From contig CAZWJS010000004.1 in assembly GCA_964634895.1 (NCBI GenBank), forward strand, positions 1-48,859: a DNA stretch of 48,859 nt, read 5' to 3'. Positions 47,205 to 48,859 of this stretch are shown here, in pieces. Both the position numbers and the translations under genes were made by a program. The notes below the pieces were generated by a model that had not been told where the DNA came from, ran no database searches, and saw only the letters and a program-made list of their open reading frames with translations. Position 1 is the stretch's first letter. Every line of letters begins with the position of its first letter. Source of the DNA: an uncultured archaeon (lineage in GTDB: Archaea; Thermoplasmatota; Poseidoniia; MGIII; CG-Epi1).

Positions 47205-48859
47205 GTGAATGACAGAGACAAAGTTGTATTTTCACGCCAAATAACCTTACCTGAGGTCGGTGAGAAGGGTCAGGAGGAATTAGAAGATACTGGAATTCTT
47301 ATTGTTGGCATGGGAGGTCTTGGTTGTCCTGTAGCTCACTATTTGATTAGTTCAGGAATTGGTTATTTGACAATAATGGATTCTGATAAGGTAGAATTGT
47401 CTAATTTGTCTCGTCAACCACTTTACACAGATGATGATGTTGGAACTCACAAAGTCAAAGCTGCTAAACAAGTTTTGAGTCATATGAATCCTAATGCCGT
47501 GATCAATGCGGTTGCTGAAGAATTGACAAATGATAATGCTTTGACTTATGCTAGTTCGCATGACTTTGTCATTGATTGTACAGACAACATTGATTCAAGA
47601 TATATTTTGTCTGATATTTGCCAATCAATTGACAAACCTTTGATTCATGGTGGAATTAGGGCTTTTGAAGGGAATGTTGGAGTATTTTTACCAGGAAGTG
47701 GATATTATCGAGCATTATATCCAAAACCACCTGCACCTGAATCAGTTCAGGATTGTTCGGTTACTGGTGTTCTGAGCACGTTTGTTGGTTGGGTTGGCAT
47801 GCATCAAGCATTATTGGCCATTCAGCTATCTCTTGATCTGATTAAAGAATCTTCATTTTATTATTTGGATGGTCGAAAGGGAACAGTTAGGCAAGTTGAA
47901 GTTCCAGATGTTGTAGTTGAGGAAAAAAAGGAATTTCCTAAAGTTTTACCAGACCACATGTCAGCCTCTGAATTGAAAGAAAGATTGGAATCAGATAATC
48001 CACCTTTACTGATAGATGTCAGAGGTGCAGATGAAAGAGCTGAAGTTAGGATAGAGGCTGAAGATTTGCATATTCCAATGGATGTTTTTGCTCAACGTTT
48101 TGGAGGTATACCAAGGCATGGTAACGTTGTTCTTTATTGTCATCTAGGTATTCGTTCTAATTCTGCAAGAGCATGGGTTGAATCACAAGGGATTGCCATC
48201 AGTCATCTTAGTGGTGGTATTGAATCTTGGTTATTCGAGAACATAGATGGTGCAGGAAATCCGATTGAATTAGCAAATAAATCTGAAAGTAGTGATTCTG
48301 AACCTGAAAAACCATTGACTTTGGAGGAACAAAATACTCAAGTTGTGGCTAACGCTAAAATGGAAGCTGAATTGGAGAAGATTAAGATAGAAGCGGAGCA
48401 TAGTGAATTGTCTAGTTTGATAGATCTAAAGGATAGATTGTTGAAACAAAGTTTAGAAGTTGAGAAACAGAAACAAGAGCATGAATTGAAATTAGAAGAA
48501 ATGAGAATTAGTGCTGAAGCTCAAAAGAATGATACTAAATTTTTGGTTGAAGCAGTTTATTTGGTTTACAATGATGGAAGATTATTGGGTCATGTTTTCT
48601 CAGAAGATCAACAAACCGATGCAGAAATTTTGACAAGTATGCTAATGGCGGTCAACGATTTCGTTGCGGACTCTTTAGGAGCAACAGGAAATATTGGTAA
48701 TTTAGAGTTTGGAGCCAATTCCATTGTAATTGAAAAAGCAGATCATTGTTACATGGTTTCAATGAACTATGGAGAGCCTTCAGATAGCCTTAGACAGGGT
48801 CTTAGAAAGCAGTTGACATTAATAGAAGATAAGTATTTAAAAGAATTAGAGGGCTGGGA
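47205..48859 (+). CDS. E1-like ThiF/MoeB adenylyltransferase-rhodanese (MoeZ/UbaA-like) fused to a coiled coil and a longin/roadblock-like domain; 3' truncated by the window
   Basis: Not in the ORF track. GTG 47205 after AGGTGA, open for 551 codons to the end. FSRQITLPEVG..GQ, GMGGLG, D.D.VELSNL.RQ, DCTDN, catalytic QDCSVTG, and rhodanese LIDVR and VLYCHLGIRS motifs. Confidence 0.9.
   Translation, partial: MNDRDKVVFSRQITLPEVGEKGQEELEDTGILIVGMGGLGCPVAHYLISSGIGYLTIMDSDKVELSNLSRQPLYTDDDVGTHKVKAAKQVLSHMNPNAVINAVAEELTNDNALTYASSHDFVIDCTDNIDSRYILSDICQSIDKPLIHGGIRAFEGNVGVFLPGSGYYRALYPKPPAPESVQDCSVTGVLSTFVGWVGMHQALLAIQLSLDLIKESSFYYLDGRKGTVRQVEVPDVVVEEKKEFPKVLPDHMSASELKERLESDNPPLLIDVRGADERAEVRIEAEDLHIPMDVFAQRFGGIPRHGNVVLYCHLGIRSNSARAWVESQGIAISHLSGGIESWLFENIDGAGNPIELANKSESSDSEPEKPLTLEEQNTQVVANAKMEAELEKIKIEAEHSELSSLIDLKDRLLKQSLEVEKQKQEHELKLEEMRISAEAQKNDTKFLVEAVYLVYNDGRLLGHVFSEDQQTDAEILTSMLMAVNDFVADSLGATGNIGNLEFGANSIVIEKADHCYMVSMNYGEPSDSLRQGLRKQLTLIEDKYLKELEGW

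Overview
AT-rich, very tightly packed archaeal chromosome segment. EgsA, eS1/S3Ae, RFC-S, PriL, PolB, XPD, a presenilin homologue, Lhr, TATA-box promoters and a DUF6015-like gene point to Thermoplasmatota, probably a marine group II/III lineage (inferred, not proven). The first 24 kb is mostly housekeeping: lipid synthesis, replication and repair, transport, amino-acid catabolism and tRNA-Thr. The dominant feature is an 18.2-kb gene for a 6051-aa type I membrane protein. It has a ~5100-aa ectodomain (8 beta-helix modules, 3 LamG domains and 1 other jelly-roll domain, each apparently inserted into a loop of a host domain, plus PKD/Ig-like domains), one TM helix, and a ~900-aa cytoplasmic part. 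That part holds a STAND-type P-loop NTPase, a ~106-aa longin/roadblock-like domain, an Ig-like domain and an acidic tail. Downstream are tRNA-Gly, a presenilin-metallophosphoesterase-Lhr operon, and an ORF missing from the supplied track (47205 to the window end). This ORF is an E1/MoeB-rhodanese enzyme fused via a coiled coil to a second copy of the same ~106-aa domain (gapless, about 40/106 identities by hand count). The best candidate for an undescribed system is this receptor-like STAND giant plus the E1 enzyme sharing its domain, possibly with intramembrane proteolysis. All family calls are from motif recognition by eye; no searches were run.
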